Part shown: positions 47,833 to 61,110 of the stretch, one piece after another
Position numbering within the stretch: position 1 is the stretch's first letter
Layout of the letters: each line of letters begins with the position of its first letter
Source: Tricharina praecox
Taxonomy: Eukaryota
Length of the DNA: 64,000 bases
Assembly (NCBI RefSeq): GCF_024521635.1
Contig: NW_026250411.1
Coordinates: 62,001-126,000 of the forward strand
Reading direction: 5' to 3'
Program-made: the position numbers and the translations under genes
The notes under the pieces: model-generated
Database searches by the model: none
Told to the model about the DNA's origin: nothing
The model's input: only the letters and a program-made list of their open reading frames with translations

Positions 47833-49855
47833 ATGGCGACCAGACTCCGGTTTCTCAAGAAGCTCGAAACCGACAATGAGCCCGGCTTGACGGATGCTCA
47901 ATTGATGTTGACAAACTACGATCTGAAGCCTGGTGGGTTGGATTCCTTGTTGTTGTTGTGTTTCTGCGTTGTGCTGTATTGCCCTCCTCCCAACCTACCG
48001 CCAAAAAAAAAATTGGAAAAAATTGTCTCGACGGTCCGGAAGATGGTCCGCGAATATTTCGCCTACGGAGATAGCGGGCGGGCGGGCGGGAGAGAGCGCG
48101 TGCTATACTGGCAAGGGTGTCCCGGAGTGCTCCCTGTTCGCGACCGAGAGTTCCCGCCCCGTCTCCATGTTAAAGACAGATAACGGGACTTGCCGAGCTC
48201 GCCACCTCTTTTGGATCATCATCCGCTAACGTTGTGTTGACAGTTGAACCGGCGCGACGGCAGTGGGGTCCCTGGAACTTTGTCGGCTTCTGGATTGCCG
48301 ACTCGTTCAACATCAACACATGGATGATCTCGTCGAGCATGATCATAGCCGGCTTGTCGTGGTGGCAATCGTGGCTGTGTGTCTGGATCGGTTACTCGAT
48401 TGCGGCATGCTTCATCTGCTTGACCGGCCGCATCGGCGCAACTTACCACATCGGCTTTCCCGTCGTCGCACGCTCTTCTTTCGGAATCTGGGGTTCACTG
48501 TGGCCCGTTTTCAACCGGGCGGCGATGGCGTGCGTGTGGTACGGAGTGCAGTCTTGGATCGGAGGCACTTGTGTGTATCTGATGGTTCGGAGCATCTGGG
48601 CCAAATTCGAAGACATGCCCGACACCATGCAGGGTTCGGGGACTAATTCTAGAGACTTTTTGTCTTTCTTCCTGTTCTGGTTCTTCTCTTTGCCGGCCAT
48701 CTGGTTTCCGGTACACAAGATCAGACATCTCTTCACGGTGAAGGCTTACGTGGTGCCTGTTGCGTGAGTAAATTTTGTGCCCACTTGCGTCGCAATTCAC
48801 GGAACTGACCGATTCGTAGCGGATTCGCTTTCTTTGGTTGGGTTGTGCACCGCGCCGGTGGTCTCGGTCCCATCGTTCATCAGCCCGCCACGATCAGTGG
48901 CTCCAAGCTTGCCTGGGCTTTTGTTAGCGGCGTGATGTCCTCGATCGCCAACTTCGCGACTCTCATCGTTAACGACCCCGATTTCTCGCGTTTCGCTGGA
49001 AAGCCCCGTGACCAGCTGTGGTCCCAACTCATCACCATCCCTTGCGGGTTTGCCTTCACATCGTTTATCGGCATTATCGTTTCCTCTTCGTCCATGGTCA
49101 TCTACAAGGAGCCTATTTGGAACCCTCTGCATCTTCTCGGCAGGTTCCTTGACGACGGCGGAGCTGGAAACCGCGCTGGTGTCTTCTTCATCGCCACTGC
49201 CTTCTCCCTGGCCCAGCTGGGTACCAACATCGCGGCAAACTCCGTCTCTGCAGGAACGGACATGACTGCCTTGCTTCCCCGATACCTGAACATCCGCCGT
49301 GGTGGATACGTCTGCGCCGCCGTCGGTCTCGCCATGTGCCCGTGGAACCTTCTCTCCGACAACAACAAATTCACCACCTACCTGTCCGCCTACTCGGTCT
49401 TCCTCTCGTCCATCGCCGGAGTGATGATCAGCGACTACTACTTTGTCCGCAAGGGCTACCTCGAAGTCAAGAACCTCTACTCTGCCAAGCGGACTGGACC
49501 GTACTACTTCCGCTTCGGCATCCACTGGCGGGCCTACGTCGCCTACATCGCCGGTATCCTCATCAACGTTGTGGGCTTTGTCGGTGCAGTTGGAAATGAG
49601 GTCCCCATCGGCGCCACATATATCTACAACCTCAATTTCTTTGCCGGCTTCATCGTTTCGTCAGGCACCTACTGGCTGCTGGCACGGTTCTTTCCGATCC
49701 CCGCGTGCAGCGACAAGTGGATGGAGGTGGGCGAGAGCATCTCCGAGGTGCGGCTGGCGTACGATGACTCCAGCGAGACGTATGACGATATCGAGACTGG
49801 GAAGGCTGCAGTACCGGAACCGGATGGGGAAAAGTGCCCGGCGAAGAAATATTGA
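47833..49855 (+). CDS. NCS1 family nucleobase permease (uracil/allantoin, Fur-type)
   Basis: Exons 47833-47932, 48244-48763 and 48820-49855. Motifs [66 protein letters not shown] and YLNIRRG. Confidence 0.95.
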
Positions 49856-50721
49856 TCTTTTGGTTGATCTTTGGTTTATATCGGTGTAATGTTTGGTTTT
49901 GTTTAGCGTGTTTGTGCGTTTGTTGCATGCGTTTTGGAAGCGGCTTTTGTGTGCTCTTTTCTGGACTTTTTAATGGTGATGATTCCACCTAAAACCTGAA
50001 TTTTCCACGTTGGTTAAGAAACCATCTGGCTTGCAATGGAGTTCAGAACTTGGCTGAGAGCCAGCTTTTAAATAGGATCACTCTGGTGACAAAGCGAGGT
50101 GCTCTACTTGCATGCGGCAATGTGAGTGGCATTTTGATGGGCCGGACTTCTGCCGCCTACCTTTCCACTACCTATTCCAAAGCGATGGTCATGTCAACGG
50201 ACCAGTTTGTCCCATGGAGCGTCGGTATCTCACCGAGGATTTCGACGATTTCTTCCACTGAATAAAGCCAGTTGCCATGACGACGAGTGATGTGAATCGA
50301 GCTAGATGGGATACCTAGTTAGATTATATATCCAGAAATCGTGAGCGTAATTCACGGTCTTGCTTTCATCAGTGTGTTCTTCTAGTGATCAGAACCACAA
50401 CGCATCCTTGAATCCTTGGAACATTAGAGTCCAAACCCCAAAGTTAATTTGTGACATGATCGATCCGATGTTAGAGGCTTGCTGTGCTCGTTGTTTACTT
50501 CTTTTGACTTCAGAGCTGTGGTGATATCCAATGCGGCTCATGTTCCAACCGAGATTGGGGAGGTTAAAAAGTAGCGAAGTCAGAACATCCGCAACCCCAT
50601 TTGGATTGGAGTCGGAACATTTAAGCCACTCTGTCGTTGAGGATGAAACTGATTACCTAGCAATTCTAAGTCTGGCAGCCAGCTACGATCAAACATGAAA
50701 ACAGTGAGCCATGTGCATCCA

Positions 50722-50820
50722 GCCCAATTGGTCTAGTGGTATGATTCTCGCTTCGGGTTTATCCCGGCTGTTTAACAGCCTGCATGTGGGAGGTCCCCGG
50801 TTCAAACCCGGGATTGGGCC
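50722..50820 (+). tRNA. tRNA-Pro(CGG), 27-nt intron
   Basis: Mature sequence identical to the other two Pro copies; T-runs downstream. Confidence 0.95.
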
Positions 50821-51894
50821 ATGATCTTTTAACATTTTGCAGTTTAGTTTGTCTATCTTTTTTTTAAGCGAGAAACACGCAGTATCACACACATTTATCG
50901 CGCAAACAAGAATCGTCGCATATCTGCTGGCGGGGTGGTTACTTTGTCGTAATTATCGAGGTTCTGCACCGCCCGTCTTACATAGGTCGTCACAGCAACG
51001 GAGGGTTGCAGGGGTAGTGCAGGCTGGGTGCAGGGATTAAAGTTAAGCACATCGTCGAGGTTATGGACGAGGCTGACGACGCTGTGCAAAGTATGCACAG
51101 GAAAACTTGGGCGTAACCCCTGTCCGTCCTATGCTCCCAAGACGTAAACAAACTACCTGATTGAGAATTCAACCACAACTCATGTCAGAGGCTCCTGTGG
51201 CGCGCGCGCGGAGGTGCAGAGAGAGAACTCTCACAACCATCACTATAAGAATTCAGTTCAATATGGACTCTATTACGTTGTTCGCATCAAATCAAATTCC
51301 CTACGGTCGCTACAAATGGGGGGTTTTTTCTCTTGTGAACAGTTGAGTTGCGCGTCGCGGCGTCGCGGTGTCATGGCATCACGGTGGATTGTTGGTTGTG
51401 GCTTTGGCTGGTTATAGGTCGCCTCGCCCCGCCACCGGACCGACTTTTTTTGGTTTTGGACAGGCTATGCAATGCCAAGAACGATACGTTACGACGGGCG
51501 CTGCAGAACCTCGTTTAAGTTTTGTGCTTACTTACTCTGAAAAATAGGACGGGAGTTAAGTAAGACGGACGGTGCCGAACCTCGATATTGGCCCCCACGG
51601 TGGTTAAGTTAAGTTGTGATCTTGTTTTCTCTTGCATGTGCCTACTCGTTGGATGGACGTATGACGTCGATCCTTCGTAGATAGCTTGGGATGGAAATTG
51701 AAATCCTGGTGACCAACCTCCATGACGTCCTGGTAGGTACTACTCTGCATAAACAAAACCAGGCAAAAACAGATAACGAATGAATGAAAAAGCCTCCCCT
51801 CCTCTTTCTTCTTCGGTGACAATCGATCAATCTTCACACCTCGTCTCCTAACTCCCAACATATACGAAGACACTACAGTACACAGTGATACAGC

Positions 51895-54287
51895 ATGTCT
51901 GGCAGACGGTATTCTAGCCTCATCGATGAGGCGGAGGCAGCAGAGGCTCGAAGGACGACGACAGCGGCGGCACCGGGCCAGACCAACGAGCATCTTGCTC
52001 CGGGGCCATATACGGGAAACAGCGAGCGTCGCACAGCCGACTACTACATGGGAAACGGCGCGGCCCTCTCGCCACAGACGACGAAGGCAACGGTGACGGC
52101 CGAGCCTGGGTATACAACCGCGAGCCTTACACCGGAGGCGTCACTCGGCGCGAGTAATGCGCCCCGAGTCAGCCCCATGCCGGTAAAACAAACGGCGCAG
52201 ACCACCACCGCCGCCGAGAAGCCGCAGCCGATCATGGAGTCCTCCGGTCCCGTTCCCAGCGGTGACTCGGCACCCACCGAGTCCCACGCGTTGGCGACTG
52301 CCGACCACGACGAAAAGGGCGCTGTTCAGATGCACGGACAGTTCAATACCAGTCTCGAGGTCAAAGACCTGGGCTGGAATAAGCCGCCCGAGAAGATTCC
52401 GGCGCCGCTAGTGGGTGGTCTGCCGAATGAGGAGCTGTGGATGCTGGTGCGAAGGTTCAATAAGCAGATGTATCACGTCAAGGCGATCGAGCATGCTCCG
52501 CCTGGTGGACTGGACTTGAATGTCGCCTCGGAGGATGAGTTCTCGCCGGATAAGCTGAGGAGTAATGTTGAGAGACTGTATATGACCGTTATTGTGGGAA
52601 TGGCCGGGTTCGCGAAGCACATTGCAAGGCTGAGGAGCTGGGGAGAGCGCAGGAGGACGGCAGGGTTCTTTGCGGTTTGTCTTACCTCTACACTGACTGG
52701 ATCTTTGGAGTTTGGACTGATTTGTGGGTAGGCGTACTTCTTTGCTTGGGCTGTCGATATGGTTATGCCGCTCATAATCGGCACAATGATTGTACTGATC
52801 GTCTGTCCACCGTCTCGACATTTACTCTTTCCACCGGCACCGCTCGCCCTGATCGACGCGTCTACCGGCGGCATCAAGAAGCCTACCGCCGGAGTTCTGG
52901 GCTCTCACGGTTCTCTCACAGGCGCACCCGAGAAGCACCATGGTGAAGCTGTAGAGCAAGAAGCCCACAACTTCGTCTCCTCCTTCGGCGCGATTGCCTT
53001 GAGCTCTGCGGCCGGCAAGCATCCTGGCGAACCCGCGCAGGAGGGCAAGTCTAAGACCGAAGAGGCTGCACCGGATCCCACTTCCCTCGCCATGCAAGCA
53101 GCAGACGCAAGCGCTTCCGCGGGCGGCGACGACACCTCGACTAAAAACGACAAGGCTAAGAAGCCCGTCGAAGAGGCTATGTGGGAGAAGGCCAGGCCCG
53201 TAATGCATGTTGTCGGCGATGTGGCGGATGTCTGGGAGAGGTTCGGCAATGCGTTTTCACCGACGCCGCCGTTCCCGAGGAATACCGCGAGGTTGAAGTT
53301 GGCTGGTGTGCTGGTGCCAATCTTCTTGCTCTCGTGCTTTGTAAATGCCTATGTTGCTACCAAGGCGACGCAGTTCTTTATTGGCGCGGGATTCTTTGGC
53401 GATCCGCTCATTCAGCGGGGTTTGGCGTGGTTGAATGTGAACGTTCCCAACTGGGAGGAGTACTTGGATATCCGAAAGTATACTCGCCATCCCTGATTCC
53501 CAATAAATACCGATACTAACATTACGGCAGCTCCCTCCTCAAAGGTGTCCCCACCGACGCACAACTCACAATCACCCTTCTCCGTATTGGAGAAGCCTCG
53601 TGTGCGCCTCTTCCACCGCCCCCTTCCCGCCACGTCTCTTCTGCCCCCGCTCACGTTGCCAAACCCCTCGACCCGGAGGTGCACACCCTCCCCGACGACA
53701 CGACCGCGGGCGAAGTGGCCTCGGCTATACACCCGGACACACCGCCGCACACCGACAGCGAATCGGAAGACACGCACGCCTCGGCCAAACCCTCCAAAGC
53801 CAAAAAATTCATCTCCTTCTTCAAAGGCACGACGAAGACCGGCGTCAACACGGCGCTGTCCACGGACCCGCTCAAGGCGTCGATCGGCTCCAAAGCCGCG
53901 CAAAACCGTCTCGGCGTCGTCACGTCCACAGATGAGCCGCCAGAGTCGGGCCCAATCGAGTTTCCCTGCCGCTTCCACGGGAAGAAGGGCACGCTAAGGA
54001 TCATCACCAGCGCCGCTTCCCCGTGCATCTCCTTCTCCCACGAGAAGTCGGACGATAAGCCAGAGTTTGCCGTTTCCATCCCTGAGATTCGAGAGTTGAA
54101 GAAGGTGGGCGGGCTGGGATGGAAGAGTAAACTGATCGTTGGGTGGAGTATGGATAGGAACGTCGTGGATGGGCTGAGTATTGTCACCAGTAAGGGCGAG
54201 GAGTGGCATCTTACCGCTGTGCAGCTGAGGGATGAGCTGTTCAATAGGCTGGCTGCTATGGGCGGACAGAAGTGGGAGAGTTGGTAG
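51895..54287 (+). CDS. DUF3292 family membrane protein with C-terminal PH/GRAM-like region
   Basis: Exons 51895-52674, 52732-53477 and 53531-54287. Motifs GLPNEELWMLVRRFNKQMYHVK, EFSPDKLRSNVERLY, HIARLRSW, LLKGVPTDAQLTITLLRIGE, LKKVGGLGWKSKL and RDELFNRL..MGGQKWESW. Confidence 0.9.
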
Positions 54288-54458
54288 TGGAGTGGAGTGT
54301 TTTTCTCTTTCTTTTCTTTGGGTTTTCGGGGTTGGGAAAATGATGGGCGTTGGGCAATTGGGCACGCATATTGTACGACACATACGAAGCGTAGTTACGG
54401 CCTTGGAATACACATGTAATGAATCCGTGATCTCGAGTCTCGATTTGCTATTAAGGGA

Positions 54459-54966
54459 AGTGGCAATGAAAGATATTAATACCAACCACTGTGAGAGCCC
54501 CCATTCAGACTCGCGTGTACTTACTAGTATACAAGAAACAGACGATAGGATGAGTGGCAAGTCCAGCGTCCACGATCACTCGACCGCCAGCCCCGTCCAG
54601 TCGATATCAGGTTTTGCAAGGCTTCATAGTGTCAGCGCTGTCCGCAATAAATGGCAAATTCAATTGGTTGTTGAGGGGGTGGCTATGAAAGGTTGTAATA
54701 CCAATCACCATGAGTCTTGAAAGCCCCCATTCGGACTCGCGTGTCCTAGTAGTTATAAGAAGCCATTAGTTCAGTACAGTACAGACGATAGGATGAATGA
54801 CAAGTCCAGCGTCCACGATCACTCGACCACCAGTCCAGTACCGTAGAGATGATGGGATGGATAGCAAGTCCAACGTCCACAGACCCACCCGATCACTCGA
54901 GTCTCGACCGCCAATCCAGCCCAGTCGATATCAGGTTCACAAGGCTCCACAGTGACAGCGTCGTCC
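54459..54966. repeat. Complex diverged tandem duplication (~220-bp unit x2 plus a third partial core)
   Basis: Blocks gtggc(a/t)atgaaag..taatacca and agcccccattc(a/g)gactcgcgtgt each occur twice. The core gatRggatg..caagtccaRcgtccac..gatcactcga occurs three times (about 54544, 54787, 54851). ccagtcgatatcaggtt occurs twice. Confidence 0.85.
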
Positions 54967-56231
54967 ATGATACGCTATGTAAATAGCAGGTTCAACACCC
55001 ACTCGCGCTGAGTGACCACTGAACGCTGGACACAATACGCGCGCACACGCTCACCAATACATATGATTGATTGATTGCCGGGGTTTCGTTTTAACGACCA
55101 GCGTACCTACGTACCTACTTCATACCACAACTACCGATATGTATATGCAAGCAGTGATCCGAGTAAATAAATATCCGGATCATGTGCACAGCAGCTACCT
55201 ACCAGGACTCAGACCATCACTCGACCTCTAGAGTATCTACCGTACTTCGCACGGCGGCCTCTGATGTCCATTCCGGAGCGGTGCCCTGTTATAGCAGCCA
55301 TGATCTACAGGCGTCGGATAGTCGATATAAAATCCAGAGCAGAGCACCAAATGGTAAAACATCATATCATATCCACGACCTCTCATCCTCAAACTCCCCT
55401 CCTAACGCCCATTGTGCATCGTAAAAAACCTACACGCCCCCCGGCAACCCCCAACCACCCCCTAGAATCTCGTACCACCCGAACCAACAAACTCGGCCAC
55501 ACTCGGCTCCTCGGAATAGGGTATTCCCTCATTAATCCTCATTCCTCATTCACCCTCATACACTCCATTAATCCACTATTCCTCGATTCCCGATGCTCCA
55601 TCCACCTCTTTCCATTCACCCATTTCCTACCCATCGATTCGCACTCTCGATTCCATCCTTCGATCCTTAACACTGAATCTCCCGCCCCTCCCCGCCCCAC
55701 TCCGGCTAACAAACTCGCACTTCCCGTCTCCCCGTCCCGTTCTCCCATGCATGCATATACCCACGGCATCATCGCGGCATTTGTCGGTAATGCACAATAG
55801 TATATCCTCCTTTCTTCCTTCCTTTCTTCCTTTCATTTAAAACTTCCTTTTGTACCATTCATGTGTAGTGTGGTGTTGCGGACTTCTATAGCCGTCTCTA
55901 ATTGTACTGTCTGTAATCTCTAAAGTTGATGTCTAGAGGTCTAGAATAGAGTAGGAAAGCGACAACGACGACCTCCCGAAACAGAAGGGAAAAAAATGTA
56001 CCTCCGAAAATGAAACATCCGAAACGAAAGAAAAAAACAAAGCCCCGCCCAAATAAAACTCCGTAGGAAAAAAAGAAGAGGAAAAAAAGAACACCCCGAG
56101 TGCGATCCCTAATAATAAAAAAAGAAGAAAAGACGAAGAAAAAGAGAAGAAGAAAAGAGGAAGGAAAAAAGAGAAAGAGAAGGCAACGATAGAATTCCAG
56201 TTGCGCCAGTGCCAGTGATCAAACAGCGAAT

Positions 56232-57964
56232 CTAGTAATGGCAGATTCCACCCACATCATCGCCAGCCTCCCACTCCCAATTGCCCGCCATGCCGACGCC
56301 AGGTCTCGGGGCGGCCGGGAGGTCGTCGAGATCGTTGACTTTGCACGAACGCACAGCAAAACCGCCGGTAGGACTGCTGCTGCGAGACCAATTCGAGGCT
56401 GAGCTTGGTGCGATGCCCCGCGAGCGGGCCTGGTAGGATTCGAACTTGGATGTCGTCTTGCTCCACGCTCCGGTGGCGGGCTCCATGGTCTCGTCGCGTG
56501 ACTGCTTCAGGAACGGTATTAGTTTGGTGCCGCCAGTACCCTTTAGACCCTCCTTTGCCGCCTCGCCCTTGGCGAGACCAAGGAAGTTGGTGGTGGAGGG
56601 GGCTGTGGTTGTGGTTGGTATTGTTGGGGTAGAAGCCGCCGCCGCTGCGGCTGCTGCCGCGGATTTCCGCTTCGACTCCTGTGACATGACCACGATGTAT
56701 CGTGACACAATCTGCAGATGCTTGTCACGGAAACTGGAGAGAGCACGGAGACACTCGTCATATGCGGAGGCCAGAGCTGAGTCGTCGGGGTTCGCCTCGA
56801 CGAATTCGCGTATGTTGGCTACCGTCGTCAGGTGCTCAAGGAATCGTCTATGAGCTCCCGGCATGTATTTGCGCATCTCCTGCAAAGGCTGTTAGCTTAT
56901 CCGTCGCAAACCGATGCCACCCAGCACAACCCTTGCAGGGAAAGTGCAACGCCACATGGAATGGAAATGTACGAACCTCGATGAAATTGTGCTTGGAATG
57001 TGGTGCATGTCCATCCATCTTCGCTTCGGATGGGTCCTTCTTTACGCCGGTTGGCCGATGCTGCACGCCCAATGCGATGTCAAAGAACTGGATGAGCGAG
57101 CTCTGGGCATTGCTGCCACCCGAGTACTGCCGGTACTCTTCCTGGCCGCTTCCGTCCTCAAACAGCACACCATTGGGCAATCCCGCTTCGGCCATATTCT
57201 TCGAGCCGGCTAGAAACGGGCGGATCTGGAAGTAGAATGCACGGGGTGTGCAGTGGTCGTACATGCATCCCAACAGCTCGCGAAGATCCATGATACGCTC
57301 CGCGAATAGCGTTAGGCACTCAGATACGGTGTAGCTATCTCTCCGCCGGGCAGCTCGCATCGCCTCCATCATCAGGTGTATAGTCGGAGCTCCTCGGGCC
57401 TCAATTGCCACCGAAACCATGTAAAACCACGACTCGTCCATCGTGCCAGTGAAAGTGTTCTGGGTGGCCAAATTCTCCACCATGTCAATGGGTCCAGCTG
57501 GGTGAATAGGCTGGTAGTTCCACAGGCAGCAGGCAGCGTATGTAACGACCGGAGGAATCTCCAGATGCTCCGAAACCTCGAGGAACGGGATTGCGATGCA
57601 TTGTGGTAATCTCTGCAACACAGATCAGGTCCGTTAGCAGCCAATTCCCGTAAGACTTGGAGGGGGGCGGACAAACATCTTTAGCTTTGACCAATCCCCA
57701 AATGTACGAATTCGAGATGAAGCCCAGGACAACATAGGCTCTTCGCCATTCCGCCTCGGAATGTAGCCGCGAAGTCGACAGCAGTGGGAGCTCGTCCACC
57801 GCCTCTCGGATCTTCTTGTCTGCAATCAACGAGCGCAGATTGGAAGCTACATTCTCCCACGCGTCATAGTATCGGTCCGGTAGTCTGTCGATGGGTGGCT
57901 CGGCCGGTAGAAATCCGTTCTCGGAAATCTGGTAATCTTCGAGGTTTGGGAGGGGAGGAAGCAT
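56232..57964 (-). CDS. BNA2: Indoleamine 2,3-dioxygenase
   Basis: Exons 57964-57677, 57612-56977 and 56879-56232. Motifs ISENGFLP, EWRRAYVVLGF, TFTGTMDESWFY.VSVAIE, FY..IRPFLAG, YSGGSNAQSSLIQ, MRKYMP..HRRFL, heme-His region FRDKHLQIVSRYI and GTGGT. Confidence 0.96.
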
Positions 57965-60900
57965 TGTGCGGAGGTGCACAACGGGAGAGACAGGTGTTAG
58001 ATAAGGTGTGGGTGATGGGAGGAGATATTGAGGTAGCGGGAACTTTTTTATGGTGGGGGAGTTGTTTAGGGGAAAGTGTGGCGAAAGGTGAAGGGGAGGT
58101 GGTCGTTATGTATAACGAAGAACCAGAAAGCGTGGATGAGAGAGATTCAAATTGTCTCAAATAGGTTGCGGTAGCGTCAATACAGAGTGGGAAGGCTGTA
58201 GGTAGACGCGAGTGGAAGGTATGATATAAGAATTCTGGTTGGGGAGGGAGGGGAGGCGGCGGGATTACTTTTGGAAGGGACGACACGCGAGTTTAGTAGT
58301 CGCCGCTGATAAATCGGAGGAGAGCATCGAGTCGTGCGAGGGTGGGGTCAGCTTTATAATTGACTGGCCTCGAGAATGGGGGTCTGGCGAAACTACGGAT
58401 AAATAGTCAGAGGAGAGAGGCGCGGGGTGCGGGCGGTTTGCGGGTGGAAAAAAAGATATATGCCGGTATGCATATCCACGGTATGGGGGGGCACCATCGA
58501 GGCCGCGGGTTTGGCCACATTATTACCGACCGGTCCAAGGCGATACCCATCGTTGCCGGCCCCGCTTTTCGCTCATCTCTGGAGGGTTCTCGGAGTTGAG
58601 TTTGTCTCATGTCAAAGCTGGAGGCCGAATGTGTCATGTTTATGGGCCGAGAGAACGAGGGAAAAAAAGTAGCGAAAAAAAGGAAGGAAGGCGGCACGGC
58701 ATGGCATGGCGACCCTGTCATTCCGCAGAGGGGCTCGTGCCGCGGCCAGGGCGGTTCCTGCAGAGAGTCCGGATTCGAGTCCGACAACTGAGCTGAGAAG
58801 GGCCGCGATGACTCAACCATCTAAGCGACGGCGAAGTACAGTAGACTCTAGAGTACCGTAGATGACGATCCTCCGCGCTTAGTGGTTGTGAGAGCTCTGG
58901 TGCGCAATACCGGATCGGAATTCGCAGAGCAGGAGAAGAACAAGAAAGACGAAGTCTCCATCGAACTTGATTTGGCCCCACCCGAATAGGTCCGATGAGG
59001 CTTTTGTGGCCGTCTCCAGGGCCCACACACCCCGCGCCCCTCCACGGAAATGTGAAGAACGCAAGATCGGGAGTGACCGGTACAGAGTCCGAGATCGAAA
59101 TGTGACAATCGCAGCAAGCGTCGATACCACCACCACAACCACCACCACCACCAGGGTTCTACATATATATGCGCATCACGCTTGCCATGGCCATCGTGAT
59201 CCCAACCTGCGAGCGGAGCAACGGCAACTTGCGCAGAGTAGAGTAGAGCACTCTATCCACGCCCCACGTTGCTCGTATGATAAGTTGTGCATCATACGAA
59301 AGGGCGGCGGCCGGAGGTCCTCCATCCCCGCCACAATAGCCATTCCACCAGTCAGCCAGCCGACTTTACACCACACCCTTTCACGATATCAGCCATAATA
59401 TCCACATACCCATCCTGCTCTCCGTCCACCGTTCTCCACCTCATGCCCGAGCAGGGCCCTCAATGCACACGCACACGTGAACCATGATGCAGTTCCTCGC
59501 ACGCAAAAATTCTCGGTGTCATGGCATACCTGCTTAGGTATATCACAGCATCCCTACCTAGCCCCGTTCCCATCCCCCGGAAGGAAGTGAAAAATCAAAG
59601 ACCACGCTAAAACAGATGGAAGACATCTGGAACGCCGTCTACCCAGCCTATGACAGCGTGCATCGTGCCAGAACCCCACTACACACCCCGCCTTACGCGG
59701 CAACTGAATTTAGCCGCAAAGAGGGGATCCCCGCACCTGCATCCGTTATCAGATGGACGAGCTCGAGTCGTGTGGCTCGATCAACGTCGTGATGGTGACG
59801 AGCGGGGATGGCGATGGAGATAACTAGCACCGGGGGAGTAGAGCGTGTAGTAAGTGAATAGCCAGTTCCACTCACGTCAGACGAACGGTTCGAACCTGAA
59901 AATCCTCAAACACGCCATACTTAGTAACCGGTACCCAGCCCCAGGCAAACCGGGTCCTCCGTTGCTGATCACCACATACCACTCGGCCGGTGTAACATCC
60001 ACTCGGCCGGCTCCTCACCAGCGTTACGGGACTGTCGCATGCAATCAACGATTAAACGGAAAAAAACAAAAACAGCGGTACATACGGGACTGGGAGCACC
60101 ATGCATCAGCCACCCAATGAAACGCTGGATACTGCGTGTATGTAAGGCTTAATTCAAAGTCCGAGTTGATGGAGTGGTTTGAAGTTGCCCCAACTATTGC
60201 CGATCAGCGCTAGCCGCCACGGACTGCTGGTCAATCCCGAGAACCATGAAGTCAGGAAGAGACTCACCGTGTTGGCTGGTCAGACGGACAGGCAGACAGA
60301 CATGGAGCCCTTGATAAGCCTTCTCATCCCCACGCCAGGTTTCACCTTCCCGCCACCGTTCGTTTGCAACAAGCAAGCAACCCCCGCCTTCAACAAACAT
60401 TGTGATCCTGCCTGAAGATCCTCCGGTCTCCAATCGCACACCAAACCCCATCCGATAGAGCAACGGGCTTGACACGGTACTCAGGTATCAAATACGGTAC
60501 TCGGCCAGCGTATGACATCAGCCTGAGCTCACAGCTGAGGCAGCCAGCGCACATGCCGGATCGACAGGAACTGGGGGCTTCAGCTCCGGTGCAGCATGGG
60601 AAAGTCTCAGCCGGTTTCCGTGAGCTATCTACCGTACGAACTTTTATCATTAGACGCTACATGCATACCACCACTGACCAGTGGGTATCGGTTCCTCCGC
60701 TAATTTGGTCTCTGACATCGTTGGGACGGGCTGCAACGTGCCAGTTGATCGTTGGATGTCCTGCGCCTTGTTTTGGCCTTGGCCGGGTGCCTCGCTTCGT
60801 GTTGGTACATATGGTACCTAATATAGACCTCCGAAGGAACAGAGCCATGGCGATGGCTTGTAGGCTCCAACGGTAATCCGGGAGCTATGGATGCTCGAGT

Positions 60901-61110
60901 GCCATATGCAGTATCAGTGATGGGCCATGATTCGCATATCACCATAGAGAGTACTCTAACAACCTCAAGGCAACCTCCACCCCTGCAGCCCTGCTGACCC
61001 ACGCCCTGCGCCTCTCCAACCACGTATCTGGCGTGCAGCCTATCTCGCGCTACCATCATGCCACCGCCATCACCGCTATCACCACTACTACAACCTCACT
61101 CGCCGCTTCT

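Noticed and set aside
47933..48243. TPP riboswitch in the NCS1 intron
   Set aside because: The conserved CTGAGA and TGAT...TAAT..CAGCG aptamer motifs were not found.
50050..50300. Short coding-like fragment after the NCS1 gene
   Set aside because: Interrupted by stops with no recognisable motif; insufficient support.
57965..58330. Trp-sensing uORF in the IDO leader
   Set aside because: No upstream ATG was seen between the putative TATA (about 58355) and the IDO start codon.
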